A stretch of DNA of 64,000 nucleotides, from positions 22,630,001 through 22,694,000 of the forward strand of contig NC_042997.1 in assembly GCF_006345805.1 (NCBI RefSeq), in the 5' to 3' direction. Both the position numbers and the translations under genes were made by a program. Under the pieces are notes generated by a model. That model had not been told where the DNA came from. It worked only from the letters and a program-made list of their open reading frames with translations, and made no database searches. The stretch's first letter is position 1. Every line of letters begins with the position of its first letter. The DNA comes from Octopus sinensis (taxonomy: Eukaryota). This document shows, piece by piece, positions 24,489 through 36,950 of the stretch.

Positions 24489-24559
24489 GTAAGGCTTTAG
24501 AATTATTATTCAATTCTCTCTATTTATCCTACCCTACCATTGTTCTTGTTGTTGTCATT

Positions 24560-25168
24560 GTGTGGGAGAGCAGTGCATGCCATCAAAGTGAAACTGGGGT
24601 AAAATATACGAAGCCCAGTATACCCATCATGGCTACCCACCTGATAAGAGTACACTAGGCACATGCATCACAACCGTATGTGCGCAACATGGTGATCTCA
24701 TATCAAGATAAACAGCACATGTCCTTGCAGGTGGGGCCCAGTTAGAATTTTCTTCTGGTTGAGTAACCCATCCCACTCAAAAGCTCCCTGAATAAAAGTT
24801 GTTTAAGGATGTTGAACAAAACACCCATCTTTCCAGAGGTGAATTATTCAAACCCCAAAGAATTCCTCTCAACACATGGCTATGATGCTCCCCCACTACT
24901 TCTGCTCGTGATCAGAGATGCACATATCGTCAACCACTAAGGGACATGCTCAACTGGTTAAGGTCAAACAACTGACAAGCAAATCTGTGGTATTGAGCAG
25001 AATATTTGCTGTAGCCCATCTTTTATACCAAGACAAAACAATGTACATGATAATACTTCCAATCAGTTAAGATCAGGACCCACGAGAGCCACTGTCTGGT
25101 ACTGCATCAGGGTATTATTATTATTATTATTATTATTACTATTACTACTACTACTACTACTACTACTA
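24560..25168 (+). mobile_element. Interspersed repeat ending in (ATT)n(ACT)n, probably a LINE 3'UTR or SINE
   Basis: Higher-GC non-coding block with a simple-repeat tail; recognised as a common octopus repeat but class uncertain. Confidence 0.5.
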
Positions 25169-25594
25169 TTGAATTAGATGATATGCTAATCATAGTTGGG
25201 GATATGGGTTGGTTGGGTCTGCAACAGAACATATCCTTTGAGTTAATCCATTATTCAGTTTAACACCACTTCCTGGTCATGGATTCTTCTCTGTCGCAAG
25301 CATTTGAGGCCAGCTCTCTGCTTTAAGTACAACTTCTACCTCCCTTCTCACCATTTTCAAAGACCCTGGAAAGATCATAAGCTCACCCCTTTCTCTTGTA
25401 ATTAGGTTATGAAAATTATTTTTAAAATCCTGCATCATTATATCATTGGGTTCATACATCCTGAGATCTGTTTCACCATTTCCAGCATTTTCCTCAGTTC
25501 TTAGATAATTGTTTAAACTAAATATTGAAACATAGATATAACTTTACAGTACACAAGGTCAAATTGATGTAATGATTTTTATTTTTTATTTCAG

Positions 25595-25690
25595 CCATGA
25601 AATTAAATTTCTGCATGAACGCTGTTCATTATTATTGCAAAGATATTATAATAGTAAAAACCATCAAAAAAAGAAAATTCAGTCTGGTGG
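25595..25690 (+). CDS. EXOC5: EXOC5 exon 11 (HEIKFLHERCSLLLQRYYNSKNHQKKKIQSG)
   Basis: tttcag/gtaagt, 96 nt; LQRYY.SKNHQK is conserved. Confidence 0.95.
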
Positions 25691-27083
25691 GTAAGTTTTC
25701 CATCAATTGTCACGGGTTTTTATCTAAGTTTACATTTGTTCTTGTATAGAATGTGCAGCTTTCTTTCCATTGATTTCTAACACTGGTACAAAGCAAGAAG
25801 TTTTGGGAGAGGGGACAGTCAAATGAAATCCAGTAATTAACTGATATTTATTTGTTGGTCCCCACAAGGATGAAAGGTAAGGTCAGCTTTGGTATGATTT
25901 GAACTAAACAAAGGAATGTAACTAAATGTCACAAGGCATTTAACCCAACTCCTCACTACTTGTGCTTTTGTTTATTAGATAGTCCGAGGGGAAGAGAAGT
26001 GATCATTGCCTTTTCAATTCCTCAAAGACTAAAAGAGAAGTAAGAAACTGAGATTAACACTGTTAGCATTTGGTGCCCTCAATTGGCATTCATCTTTTTC
26101 TTGCTTATTATGCACAGAAAGAGCATAAATGTGAAAATACTCCCTCCCAGATGTGTGAGCAGTTACCATTCTTATAGAAACATCCTTATGTTCTAGAGAG
26201 GATTCCCAAAACATCATCATTTTTATCACTCATGGGTCACTGCTGAAGTCTGAATCAAGCATGTTGTGGTACTTCAACCACTCAATCAGTAGGTTGCAAT
26301 GAAATTTTAAAAAGAAATATAGTTGGTGGCATGGCTTTGCAGTAAGAAATTTACTTCCTAACCAATGGTTTTGAGTTCAACTCCATTGTATGACACCTTG
26401 GGCAAGTGTCTTCAGCTATAGCTTCAGGCCAACCAAATATGAGAAGATATTACTTTGCATGGGAATAGATGAAGCGTGGTGACAGGAAGGGCTTCATCAT
26501 CATCATCATTTAATGTCTGCTTTCCATGTTAGCAGGGTTGGACAGTTTAACAGGAGCCTACACCAAACTTTTGTGTCTGTTTTGGCAGGGTTTTTATGGT
26601 TGGATGCCCTTCCTAACACCCACTGCCCCGCAGAGTGGACTCTGTGCTTTTTACGTGGCACAAGCACAAGGAAGGTCAGTTTTGGCAAGGTGTTTACAGT
26701 TGGATGCCCTTCCAAATGCCAACCACTTTACAGTGTGGACTGGATGCTTTTGTGGCATCAGCCTCAAATTCCATCTAGCTCACACAAGCATGAAAAAGTA
26801 GACACTATATGATAATGATGTATATATATTTACAGCCATTCTTCTATGTTAGCATGGGTTACACAAATACATATTATGGAGGTATTGTTTTACGGCCAAA
26901 TGCCCTTCCTTCCTTGTCACTAACTTATTCCTGTTTTTCAAGTAACAGAGCTCTCACGCTTCTTTGAAAGTAGAGACACCAGATGATTTGTTGTTAACAA
27001 CAAACTTTCAAAAAACGTCAACTGTAACTCAGCACTTTTCCATGCAGAACACAGAATGTAAAGATTCACACCTAACAAACACA

Positions 27084-27129
<46 letters not shown>

Positions 27130-27436
27130 GAAATGGCTTTGTAAAGTTTCCATCTATCAAAGGCATTGATTGACTCTAGGATAGTGTAGCAAACACTTTG
27201 AGCTGCTTAAACTACACTGCCATGCCTGCCCCTTCAAATATACACACTGACTCACTCACTCCCTCCCTCCACAGAAACAAAATATACTCAGGAAAGATGT
27301 GGTTAACAGCCAGATTTCTTTCTTTCTTTCTTTCTTTTTTTTTTTTCTTTGTGTTTGCCTGAAAATAAAGACATTTGTTTTGTAGTAAATATATTTTTAG
27401 CATCAATTGTGATGTTGCTCTATTTTTTCCTTCTAG

Positions 27437-27587
27437 CTTCCGGAGAGAATTTCAGGCTGTGATTAATACTGTAAATATCAATATTGGGCCAACCATTGAA
27501 AATTACGGAGGTGAAATATTTCTCTCGCAAGAATTAGCAATGAATATTTTACAGGAAACGAAGTTAGCTTTTAAGCGCTGCAAAGTT
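27437..27587 (+). CDS. EXOC5: EXOC5 exon 12 (FRREFQAVI...GEIFLSQELAMNILQETKLAFKRCKV)
   Basis: ttttccttctag/gtaagt, 151 nt; GE.FLSQE...N.LQETK.AF.RC motif. Confidence 0.92.
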
Positions 27588-27627
27588 GTAAGTACATTTT
27601 TACATTAATTTATTTTGATTTATCTTT

Positions 27628-27734
27628 TACCACAATGAAAGCACTGGTTCTCATCCAATCACCTAAGTTAAGCAACGTTGAGCCTAATTAGTACTTAGAT
27701 GGGTGACCGCTTGGGAAACCTAGGTGCTGTAAGC
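27628..27734 (+). pseudogene. 5S rRNA pseudogene (5' ~11 nt missing)
   Basis: TACCACAATGAAAGCACTGGTTCTCATCCAATCACCTAAGTTAAGCAACGTTGAGCCTAATTAGTACTTAGATGGGTGACCGCTTGGGAAACCTAGGTGCTGTAAGC aligns to the metazoan 5S consensus (box A/C recognisable) with CpG-type decay. Confidence 0.85.
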
Positions 27735-28851
27735 GTCACACATTGTTTGTTCAACCCATGCTAGCATGGAAAGTGGATGTTAAACGATGATGATGATGAT
27801 GATTGTTTCATTCATTAGATTGCAACCATGCAGGGGCACTGCCTTGAAGAATTTTAGTCAAACAAATCAACTTCAGTACTTATTCCTTTTTTGAAGCCTT
27901 ACTATTAATTCTGTTGATCTCTTTTGCTAAACATCTTGGCTACAGTGACATAAACACACTGACACCAGCTGTCAAGTGGTGGTGAGGGACAAACAGACAC
28001 AACGATACATACACACATGATGGACTTCTTTTAGTTGTGTCTACCAAATCCACTTACAAGGCTTTAGTTGGCCTTAGGCTACAATTGAAGCCACTTGCCG
28101 AAAGTACCACACAATGGAATTGAACCCGAAACCATGTGGTTGGGAAGTAAACTTTTTACTGAAAAGCCATGCCTGAAACTATATTTCTTTTTAAAATCTC
28201 ATTGCAACCTACTAACTGACTGGGTGAAGTACCACAACATGCTTGCTCTAAAGTTCAGATATCAAAATCTTGCCAGAGGTATTATACTGCGTACAAGGCA
28301 CTATCCACTGTTGCATATCTATCGACCTTAACAGAAAACGTATGTCTGGCTCTTTAGCATTCAAATTAACTACCATGTGTTCAATCAATGTCATTCGTTC
28401 ACTGATATATCTGACTGCGTTGCTTAATAAATTATTACAAAGAACACAACCACTTCATCACTCAGGAAACGCTGCTTTTATTTGTTTCATTATTTGTTCA
28501 TGAATAATATCATCATACTTAACTCCTATTATGAATGCTAAAAGTTTCAGCTAGTAAACCAGTTCCTGTGTAGTCACTTAAACATATCTATGAAAGAATC
28601 AAATACCTTTCAACAAGATATTGTCATTGCAGGTCTAGTAATGCATAAAGGTTTCTTTATTGCATTATTCCAAACTTGGTAGTATTTAAAGATATGTAAG
28701 TGTTGGGTTGGCCCCTTGTCTGCTCATACTCCAAAAGTCAGTTTTTCTCTTTAAAATGTTATTTTTGCATATTGTTTTGTTGTTTATTTATGTGTGCATG
28801 TGAGTAAGGGAATATGCTTATGTTTCATTATGTTGATATATTTACTTTCAG

Positions 28852-28960
28852 ATTTCCAGTTCGTCAGACCTACCTTCAAATGCTGTCAAAATTCTAGAAA
28901 CACTCATACAATATCTTGTAATGGAACATATAGATTATGCAGTTGAATTAGGTCTACAAG
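28852..28960 (+). CDS. EXOC5: EXOC5 exon 13 (ISSSSDLPSNA...EHIDYAVELGLQ)
   Basis: tttcag/gtaatg, 109 nt; EHIDYA.E.GL motif. Confidence 0.95.
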
Positions 28961-30469
28961 GTAATGTTTTAAAGAAATTTCACCTATAAGAAATTTTAAA
29001 GGAATTTCACTTAACAAGAAATCATAGCACAAACAGATTCCATGCAATAAATTCTAAAAACTCATCAGTAGTAAAAATCGTTTACATTATATAATTCCAG
29101 AAACTTTGTTACACCTTCATTTATTAAGACAGGTAGATACAGAAAATAATCTTTTCTACTCTAAGCACAAGGCCCGAAATTTAGGAGGAGGAGGGGGACA
29201 GTTGATTAGATTGACCCCAGTACACAACTGGTACTTAATTTATTGACCCTGAAAGGATGAAAGGCAAAGTCGGCCTCGGCGGAATTTGAACTCAGAATGT
29301 AAAGACAGATGAAATACCGCTAAGCATTTTAGTTACAGAAAATAATAAAGAAAGAAAGCATGAGGAATCATACAACAAAAAAAGCAACATTTTTCTAATC
29401 TCCTTGAAAAAATATATTTAGTATCTAAGATGGTCAGATGCTAAGTTTAAATTTGTGAATGTAGATAATTCATTAACTGTCTCATCATCATCATCATCAT
29501 CATTGTCACAGATGTTAAACGACAAAGATGATGATGATGAGATAGTTAATGAATTAATATATTTCTTTTGGTGTTCCTCACTCTTTCTTTCTTTATAAAT
29601 TTTTTCATTTATGCCTGTTATTTATCAGTCTGTCTGTCCATCCATTCTTTGACTTGTATGTTGTCATAAACACAGGGTTTGGCTGTGTAGTAAAGAAGGT
29701 TACTTTGCAACCAGATGTTTTCGGGTTCAGTTCCACTGTGCAGCACCTTGAGCAGGTGCCATCATCTAATATTGCACCAAGCCAACCAATATCTTGTGAG
29801 CAAACTTGGTAGATGGAAACTGTGTGGAATTCCATCATATATATATATATATATGCCAGATGCTCCTGTACTGGTTTTTGTGTGTCCCACAAGAGGAGTT
29901 GATGCTGGATGTGTCAAAACCATTGTTGTGATTAATAATTTATTCTCATATATTCCATCTTCTGTCTTTTATTTGTTATTTATATGTATACTGCGACTGT
30001 TCATGCTGCATATCAACCATATTAATATCATCAACCTGTGATGGCTTGCAAAGATTATAACTTATCCAAAAACTTTCCAGTGTCTTAGATGAAATCATGA
30101 ACATTGCTACTTCCTATTTACTTTCCTCTGAAACATTTCAAGTTTTGCCTGTAAATTAGTCTAGGATCAAAAGCTTCAGAAGTTTTTTTTTTTTTTTTAC
30201 CTTATTGTTCTAATAGATCAGTGAATTACAGAATGTTACATTTTTTTCTGCCATTTGTACCAACAGCACTAAATATGCTCTAGTAACATTATTAATCATT
30301 AGTAATCAGTAAGATTATTATTTCCTGAACTATTCAAAGTAACAGTCATATTCTTATTGGCATCACACCACCTTCATTAAATACTTTCATTTAATCAAAA
30401 TCCTTAACCTAGAGATGCTATAGGTGCACAGCAAGAGTACATGCGTTCCTTGATAATTTTCTATTACAG

Positions 30470-30593
30470 CTATTCCATTGGCTGAGGCAAGGACCCTTCC
30501 TGAAATATATTTCTTCGATGTCACTGGTCAAGCAAACACTCTTTTCCATCTTTTTGAAAAGCAATTTATGGACAGTTTAGTACCATTGGTTCT
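30470..30593 (+). CDS. EXOC5: EXOC5 exon 14 (IPLAEARTLPEIYFFDVTGQANTLFHLFEKQFMDSLVPLV)
   Basis: ttacag/gtaagt, 124 nt; QANT.FHLF.KQF motif. Confidence 0.95.
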
Positions 30594-31652
30594 GTAAGTA
30601 TTAATCAAATATAACTGAACCTTTCTTATGAATTGTATTTTATTGTATTTTACAAATAATATCCAGGTTCATTAAGTGACTTCTCATATTTTTTTAAGTA
30701 TTAGTTTTAAAATATTTGGCTATATTTTGTTTAATTAAATTAACATATAAAAAAGCTATAACTTTTTTGCCCATTTATCAGTATGATTTCCCTTTAGTCA
30801 TAACTAAATGATAGAACAGTTACTGCTGTGTTCTGACCGAGTACACCATGTCATGTACTCACAAGCAGAATCTAATGGCTTATTGCTGAGACTGTCTTGC
30901 ATTCAACCACTACATATTAGAATATGAAGCATGATTGTCAACTAAAGAGATGCATAGTATATTTGTAGATTGCTCTGACTAGTCAACTACCCATTTTCCA
31001 TAGGTTTGGTCTGTCAAAGCTGATCTGCAACTACACAGTATCTCTGGTAACAGTAACTGGATAATAAGGGCAATTCTATGCAGTTGCTTAATATGCAACC
31101 ACATAGAGCCTGTTATTACATTAACAGTATACCTGAGTTAACAATTATAGCAGATCATCTCACTTTGCTTTGCATCACCTCAGTTGATAAAACAATAAAA
31201 GTAGGCACAGACATGGCTGTGTGGTTAAGAAACTCACTTTGCAAAGTGATTTCTTCTATAGCCCAGGGCAAACCAACGACTTTTGAATAAATTTCATAGA
31301 TAGAGACTGTGTAGAAGTTCATCTATATATTGATGTGTGAGTGTTTTTGCGTCTATGTTTGTTTCCCTATCATCGCCTGGCATCCCTGTAACTTAGTGGT
31401 TTGACAAAAGAGACCGATATAATATGCACCAGACTTTACTGTGGGTCAGTTTAACTAAAACTTTTCAAGGTAGTGTACCAGCATAGCCACAGTCCAATAA
31501 CTGAAACAAGTAAAAAATTAAAGATAAAAGTGTTCTAGATTCCAATTCAGTATAGCCTTCCCTACAAGTTTCCACCCTTTCATTTGTATCCTGCAGAGCA
31601 GTATTGCTATTATTGAGGCAGTGGATCAATTAAAGTAATTAAGTGCAAGGCT

Positions 31653-31819
31653 ACCATATTTACTTGTGTATAAGTCACACTTCTAATTTAGTGTTAAATC
31701 TTGATAAAAAATTTTTCGATTTATAGGTTTAGCTTTGTCCCATGTATAAGTCATATCCCAGCTTTTTTCATTTAATATCAAGTATAAAACAGGGTGACTT
31801 GTACATAAGTAAATATGGT
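31653..31819. mobile_element. 167-bp MITE with 26-bp TIRs (Tc1/mariner superfamily-like)
   Basis: ACCATATTTACTTGTGTATAAGTCAC vs reverse complement ACCATATTTACTTATGTACAAGTCAC, 2 mismatches. Confidence 0.75.
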
Positions 31820-32179
31820 CATTGCTAACAGATTGAACTACTATTTGTACTCAAATCTTATGAGGGTCAAATTTATCTTTTAATTCTTCTCTGGATCTCA
31901 GCTGGTTTATGGAGTAGCAGAACTGTTATAACAGACAAAATATTTTATATTCTGTATTCAAATCCCATTGAAGTCAGCTTTATCTTTCATCCCTTCTCAT
32001 TCAATGAAATAAGTACCACTCAAATACTGGGATTGAGTATATTGACAAAGCACAGACTCCCCTCAAAATTGCTGGTCTCATGTGTATAATTTTTCTGTAT
32101 AGTAAATTCAAAAGACTATGAGTATTTTTCTGAAAATTCATGTCTTTTACTAATATAAGAATTTGTTAATATTTTACAG

Positions 32180-32266
32180 CTCTTCACCTAAGCATAGTAC
32201 TTGTTTACAAAGGAAAAGGGAACTTCGTGATCAGCTAGAAACTAAAATTGATCTTGGTTTAGACAG
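32180..32266 (+). CDS. EXOC5: EXOC5 exon 15 (SSPKHSTCLQRKRELRDQLETKIDLGLD)
   Basis: tttacag/gtaaat, 87 nt. Confidence 0.94.
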
Positions 32267-33519
32267 GTAAATACACTTTACAGTACTAATAATGTGACAA
32301 AAATTACTGCTGTGTAAATATATATCGTTGCTATTATGCAAAAGTGTTGTAAGTCCAAAATGTTACTTTTTCAGAAAACATAAAAATAGTTTTACCATTC
32401 CATTTTCTTTTTACATTAGCAACAGTTTCAGCCTAACAATAATATTTTGTTGGGTGCATAAGTCATAACTCCATGCATGTATGATACTTTCAATCAAAAA
32501 TACTTTTGCAAAACTGTTGTATGTGGGACTTACTACACTTTTGAAAAATGCTAAACCATTGTACTACACTTTGACAATTTTCATATCTTGACATCTGAAG
32601 CAGCTAGAGGTATGATAGTTTGAGCAAAAGAACTGGCTATTGCATCATCATCATCATCGTTTAACATCCTCTTTCCATGCTGGCATGGATTGGATGATTT
32701 GATTGAGGGCTGGCAAGCCAGAAGGCTGCACCAGGTTCCAATCTGATCTGGCAAAGTTTCTACAGCTGGATGCCCTTCCTAATGCCAACCACTCCGAGAG
32801 TGTACTGGGTGCTTTTTACATCCCACCGGTATGATGGCCAGTCAGGCGGTACTGGTAATGACCACGCTCAAACAGTGCTTTTTACGTGCCACCGGCACGG
32901 GTGCCAGTCAGGCAGCACTGACAACAACCACACTCAAATGGTGCTAGCGAAATTAAATATTGAAACAAATGCATTTGGCCAAATTTGGACATACAACAGT
33001 TTAACATAATAGCAATGATATGATCTTATAAAAATCATTCATCATCATCGTCATCATTTTAATTTCACTTTTCCATGCTTGCATGAGTTAAATGAAATTC
33101 ATTGAAACAAATTTTCTGGGTGCCTTCCTGTTGCCCTAACCTCACTAGATTTCAAAGAAGATATTTCCCTGTGGCTTAATATGTTTTCAGGGAAGATTAG
33201 AAATAATCAATACCAATTGTATGTTAGTGACACTCATTTACAACTGTTATGATGCAATATCAAGACAAAGACACACACACACACAAGGATGTATGATGGG
33301 CTTAGCCTTGTTGGGCAGTTTCAATTCAGTAGCAAAACTCACATAGCACATTTTCTGCATGCATATCCTATACAGTAAACTTCCTAATAGACAACACAGC
33401 TCGCACAACACATACTCTGCTGAATTACATCACTGAACAATGTAGTTAAATGCTTCATACCCGACACAACAACGTGTGTGTGTGTGTGTGTGATTTAATC
33501 TTTGATATTTCTTTTCTAG

Positions 33520-33625
33520 ATCAATCTCTGCAATTATTGGAGCTATTCGCCATATACTTGTAGCAGAACAGAAGAAATCTGATTTCAAACCAGACTTGGA
33601 AGCAAATATGCAAATGCGTTCTGAG
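33520..33625 (+). CDS. EXOC5: EXOC5 exon 16 (SISAIIGAIRHILVAEQKKSDFKP...RSE)
   Basis: tttctag/gtaact, 106 nt; EQKK.DFKP motif. Confidence 0.95.
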
Positions 33626-34505
33626 GTAACTGCTTACAAATGACAAAAACGTTTTTCTCTCTCTCTCTCTCTCCCTCTCTCTCTCTATCTATCTATCTCT
33701 ATCTCTCTGATGGTTGTTGAAGATTAAGAGAGAGATACTTATGGTGATAGTCTATACATATTTTCATCATCTTTGAGATGCTCTCTGAATTGTATTATAT
33801 TATGTTTGACACTGTAAAGTATTAGATCAAGTATTTTATTACCAAGTTAGTATTGTGCTTTGTATGTACATACTGCATTTTATTTGAGCATTCCACCTCA
33901 AATACATGTGCTCCTATCAGTATAGGTGCAGGCAAAGCTGTGTATTTAAGTTCATTTTTAAACCATGTAGTCTGGATTTCAGCCAATTGAGCAGCACTTT
34001 TGACAAACCTCAGTAAAAATAAGTCTTTGAGTAAAATTTGGTAGCAAAAGTTGTGTGGAAACCCTTTGGAAAAGCCATACTTTCTCCTGGTTTGTAAATT
34101 AAATGTGCCACTCAGTTTAACCCAGTGTTCCTTGGATGCCTTTAGGAGAGTTCATTCTCTTCTGAGCATTTGGCCCTGATCCCTAGATCCCCTGGACCAA
34201 GACTGTTCAAATCATCACCACCAGTCCTATAAGGGGCTAGTGTGACTTCAAAAGATGTCAATAGTTTGGTTTTACTTTAGACATTGATAACCAGAACAGA
34301 GTGGGAAACATAGAGAATTATGCTGGAGATTAACTCCCATACCTCTACCCTTTGTTATCTTAAGAATCTTTAGAACAAGCCATTTACATATATATATATA
34401 AAAACACATACACACTCACACACATGCACATAATTTATAAAAGTGATGACTAATACTTTCCAAGTGTTAATATTTTATCTGATTACTTTTCTTTTCCTTT
34501 TGTAG

Positions 34506-34662
34506 GCATGTGCAAGGACTGTAATTTTCCTACACAGTCAGATTGAAAATATCCGGCTAAGTTTAGATGGTAAAAATGTTGATGTCGTCCTCACTGAACT
34601 TGGTACGCGATTCCATCGTCTAATATTTGAACATTTCCAGCAGTTTCAATACAACTCCTTAG
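34506..34662 (+). CDS. EXOC5: EXOC5 exon 17 (ACARTVIFL...LDGKNVDVVLTELGTRFHRLIFEHFQQFQYNSL)
   Basis: tttgtag/gtaagt, 157 nt; DGKNVD.VL.ELG.RFHRLI.EH motif. Confidence 0.96.
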
Positions 34663-35338
34663 GTAAGTTTGAATTCACCCTTAAATTCAGTGGGGTAGAA
34701 GAGAATGTGATAGGAAGAAGACAGGGTGATGGGAGAGTGTCAGAAGTGGGAGTAATGTCTGTGAGAGAAAGAATGCTGCTGAACAGCAACAAGGAATATA
34801 ACAGAGTAAGCCTAAACATTTGCTTGCACTATTGACAAAATAAGGTATTGTGGTGAAGAATGAATTGAAACTTTTAGCATCATCAGTTCAATTAATGTCT
34901 GTTTTACATACTGTATGGGTTAGACAGTTCAACAGGAGCTGGTAAGCCAGAGAATTGTATCAGGCTCTAATGTCTGCTTTGACAGGATTGCCACAGCTGG
35001 ATGCCTTTCCTATCACCAACCACTTTACAGAGTGTAAAGTGATGATAAATAATATTGATGTAACTAATTATATGTTGATATAAAAATAGTAAAATTAAGG
35101 AAGAAGAGGACTTCTTTTAGGACTTGTGGGGAAACTTTCTGCTACAAAAGTCAATATGCTGATGTTATTGTTAAGCCCCTTGGTCAACCCTGAACAAGTA
35201 GATATTTGATCAAAGGTATTTAAACCATGAACATAGGAGTATCTAGATATAAATTAGATGTTATTTCCTTAGATTAATCAGTGTTGATTTTCTATGTAAT
35301 ATATGAATGATTGATTTTTGTGTTTGATTCTGTTTCAG

Positions 35339-35499
35339 GTGGAATGTTGGTTATCTGTGATGTCAATGAATATAGAAAAGCTGTCAAAGAATTTAAGATC
35401 CCTCTCATCAATCAGTTATTCGATAAATTACATGCTTTGTGCAACTTGCTAATGGTTGTACCAGAGACGCTGCAGCAAGTTTGTACTGAAGAGCCATTG
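35339..35499 (+). CDS. EXOC5: EXOC5 exon 18 (GGMLVICDVNEYRKAVKEFKIP...EEPL)
   Basis: tttcag/gtaaaa, 161 nt; GGML.ICDV.EYRK and LHALCNLL motifs. Confidence 0.96.
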
Positions 35500-36523
35500 G
35501 TAAAACAAGAAAAATTTCTTTTTTCTATGTTCCGGTTTACTGTACTGTAATTTTCTATTTATGCCTAATTTGTTTGAAGCTATCCAACTGCTATTAATAT
35601 CAGTGCATGTGAAGACAGAGAGCAAATATCATCATCATCATCATTTAACGTCTGCTTTCCATGCTAGCATGGGTTGGACGATTTTGACTGAGGGCTGGCA
35701 AACCAGATGGCTGCACCAGGCTCCAATCTTGACCTTGCAGAGCTTCTACAGCTGGATGCCCTTCCTAACGCCAACTACTCTGAGAGTGTAGTGGGTGCGT
35801 TTTACATGCCACCGGCACGGGGCCAGTCAGGCGGTACTGTCAATGACCTCGCTCAAATCTTTTTACACATGCCACCAGCACAAGTGCCAGTAAGGCGACG
35901 CTGGTAACAATCACGCTTGAATGGTGCCTTTTATGTGCCACCGACACAGAAGCCAGTTAGCCGCTCTGGTAACGATCATGCTCATATGGTGCTCTTGGCA
36001 CCCCACTAGCACAGGCACAAGTGCCAGTAAGGTGATGCTGGTAATGATCACACTCGAATGGTGCCTTTTATGTGCCACTGGCACGGAAGCCAGTTAACCG
36101 CTCTGTCAACGATCACACTCGTATGGTGCCCTTTGCACCCTGCTAGCATGGATGCCAGTACCTTTCATAGTAGCTGTACATCTATAACAAAACCAGGGCT
36201 GCATCCTCAAAGAACCATTCAATTAATATACAAATCAATATGCTACAAACCACTTGTCAACCAATACTTTATACCTTGCCTGTTTCTCCAACCATTGTAT
36301 CAATCTGTAAAATTTCAAACTAAACTCTGATTGTATTGATTTGACTATCTGTAATGTGTCTGCCAGAATTGCTTGATATTAACTGTTCATCAACTGTGTT
36401 TGTATCAGTGGACCATTTTTGATTCCTATTTTACTTGGGTGGATCCCCATAGCCATTCAATGTTTAAAAAATCCTATTGTATTTTTATGATTAAATATTA
36501 TTAGGACTTACTCGTTTTTTTTT

Positions 36524-36950
36524 TACTCTTTTACTTGTTTCAGTCATTTGACTGCGGCCATGCTGGAGCACCGCATTTAGTCGAGCAAATCGACCCCAGG
36601 ACTTATTCTTTAGGAGCCTAGTACTTATTCTATCGGTCTCTTTTGCCGAACCGCTAAGTTACAAGAACGTAAACACACCACCATTGGTTGTCAAGTGATG
36701 TTGGCAGAGATAAACACAGACACACAAACATACACACACACACACACACCACACATATATATATATATATATATATGCATACATATATACGACGGGCTTC
36801 TCTCAGTTTCTGTCTACCAAATCCACTCACAAGGCTTTGGTCAGCCTGAGGCTATAGTACAAGACACTTGCCTAAGGTACCACGCAGTGGGAATGAACCC
36901 GGAACCATGTGGTTGGGAAGCAAGCTACTTACTACACAGCCACTCCTGCA
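36524..36950 (-). mobile_element. Full-length tRNA-derived SINE (octopus OK/OR-like)
   Basis: Minus-strand head GCAGGAGTGGCTGTGT.GTAAGTAGCTTGC..GGTTC..TTCC.CTGCGTGG, internal (TA)/(TG)n, tail GACTGAAACAAGTAAAAGAGTA; near-copy at 39547-39954. Confidence 0.85.

Noticed and set aside
27349-27436. Missing microexon or longer alternative acceptors before EXOC5 exon 12
   Set aside because: In-frame AGs exist at 27385 and 27400, but the 27436 acceptor has the best pyrimidine tract and gives the same GG-to-GP spacing as the remembered human protein; I found no convincing microexon.
35800-36150. CRISPR-like alternation of TGCCAC(C/T)GGCAC repeats and spacers (also 6990-7330, 52750-53070, 58480-58760)
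   Set aside because: These are degenerate subrepeats of the RTE 3'UTR; the spacers are mutually similar, there are no cas genes and the context is eukaryotic.
36860-36950. tRNA genes suggested by A/B boxes (also 8760-8850, 39880-39954, 61790-61857)
   Set aside because: No complete cloverleaf; each continues into a SINE body.
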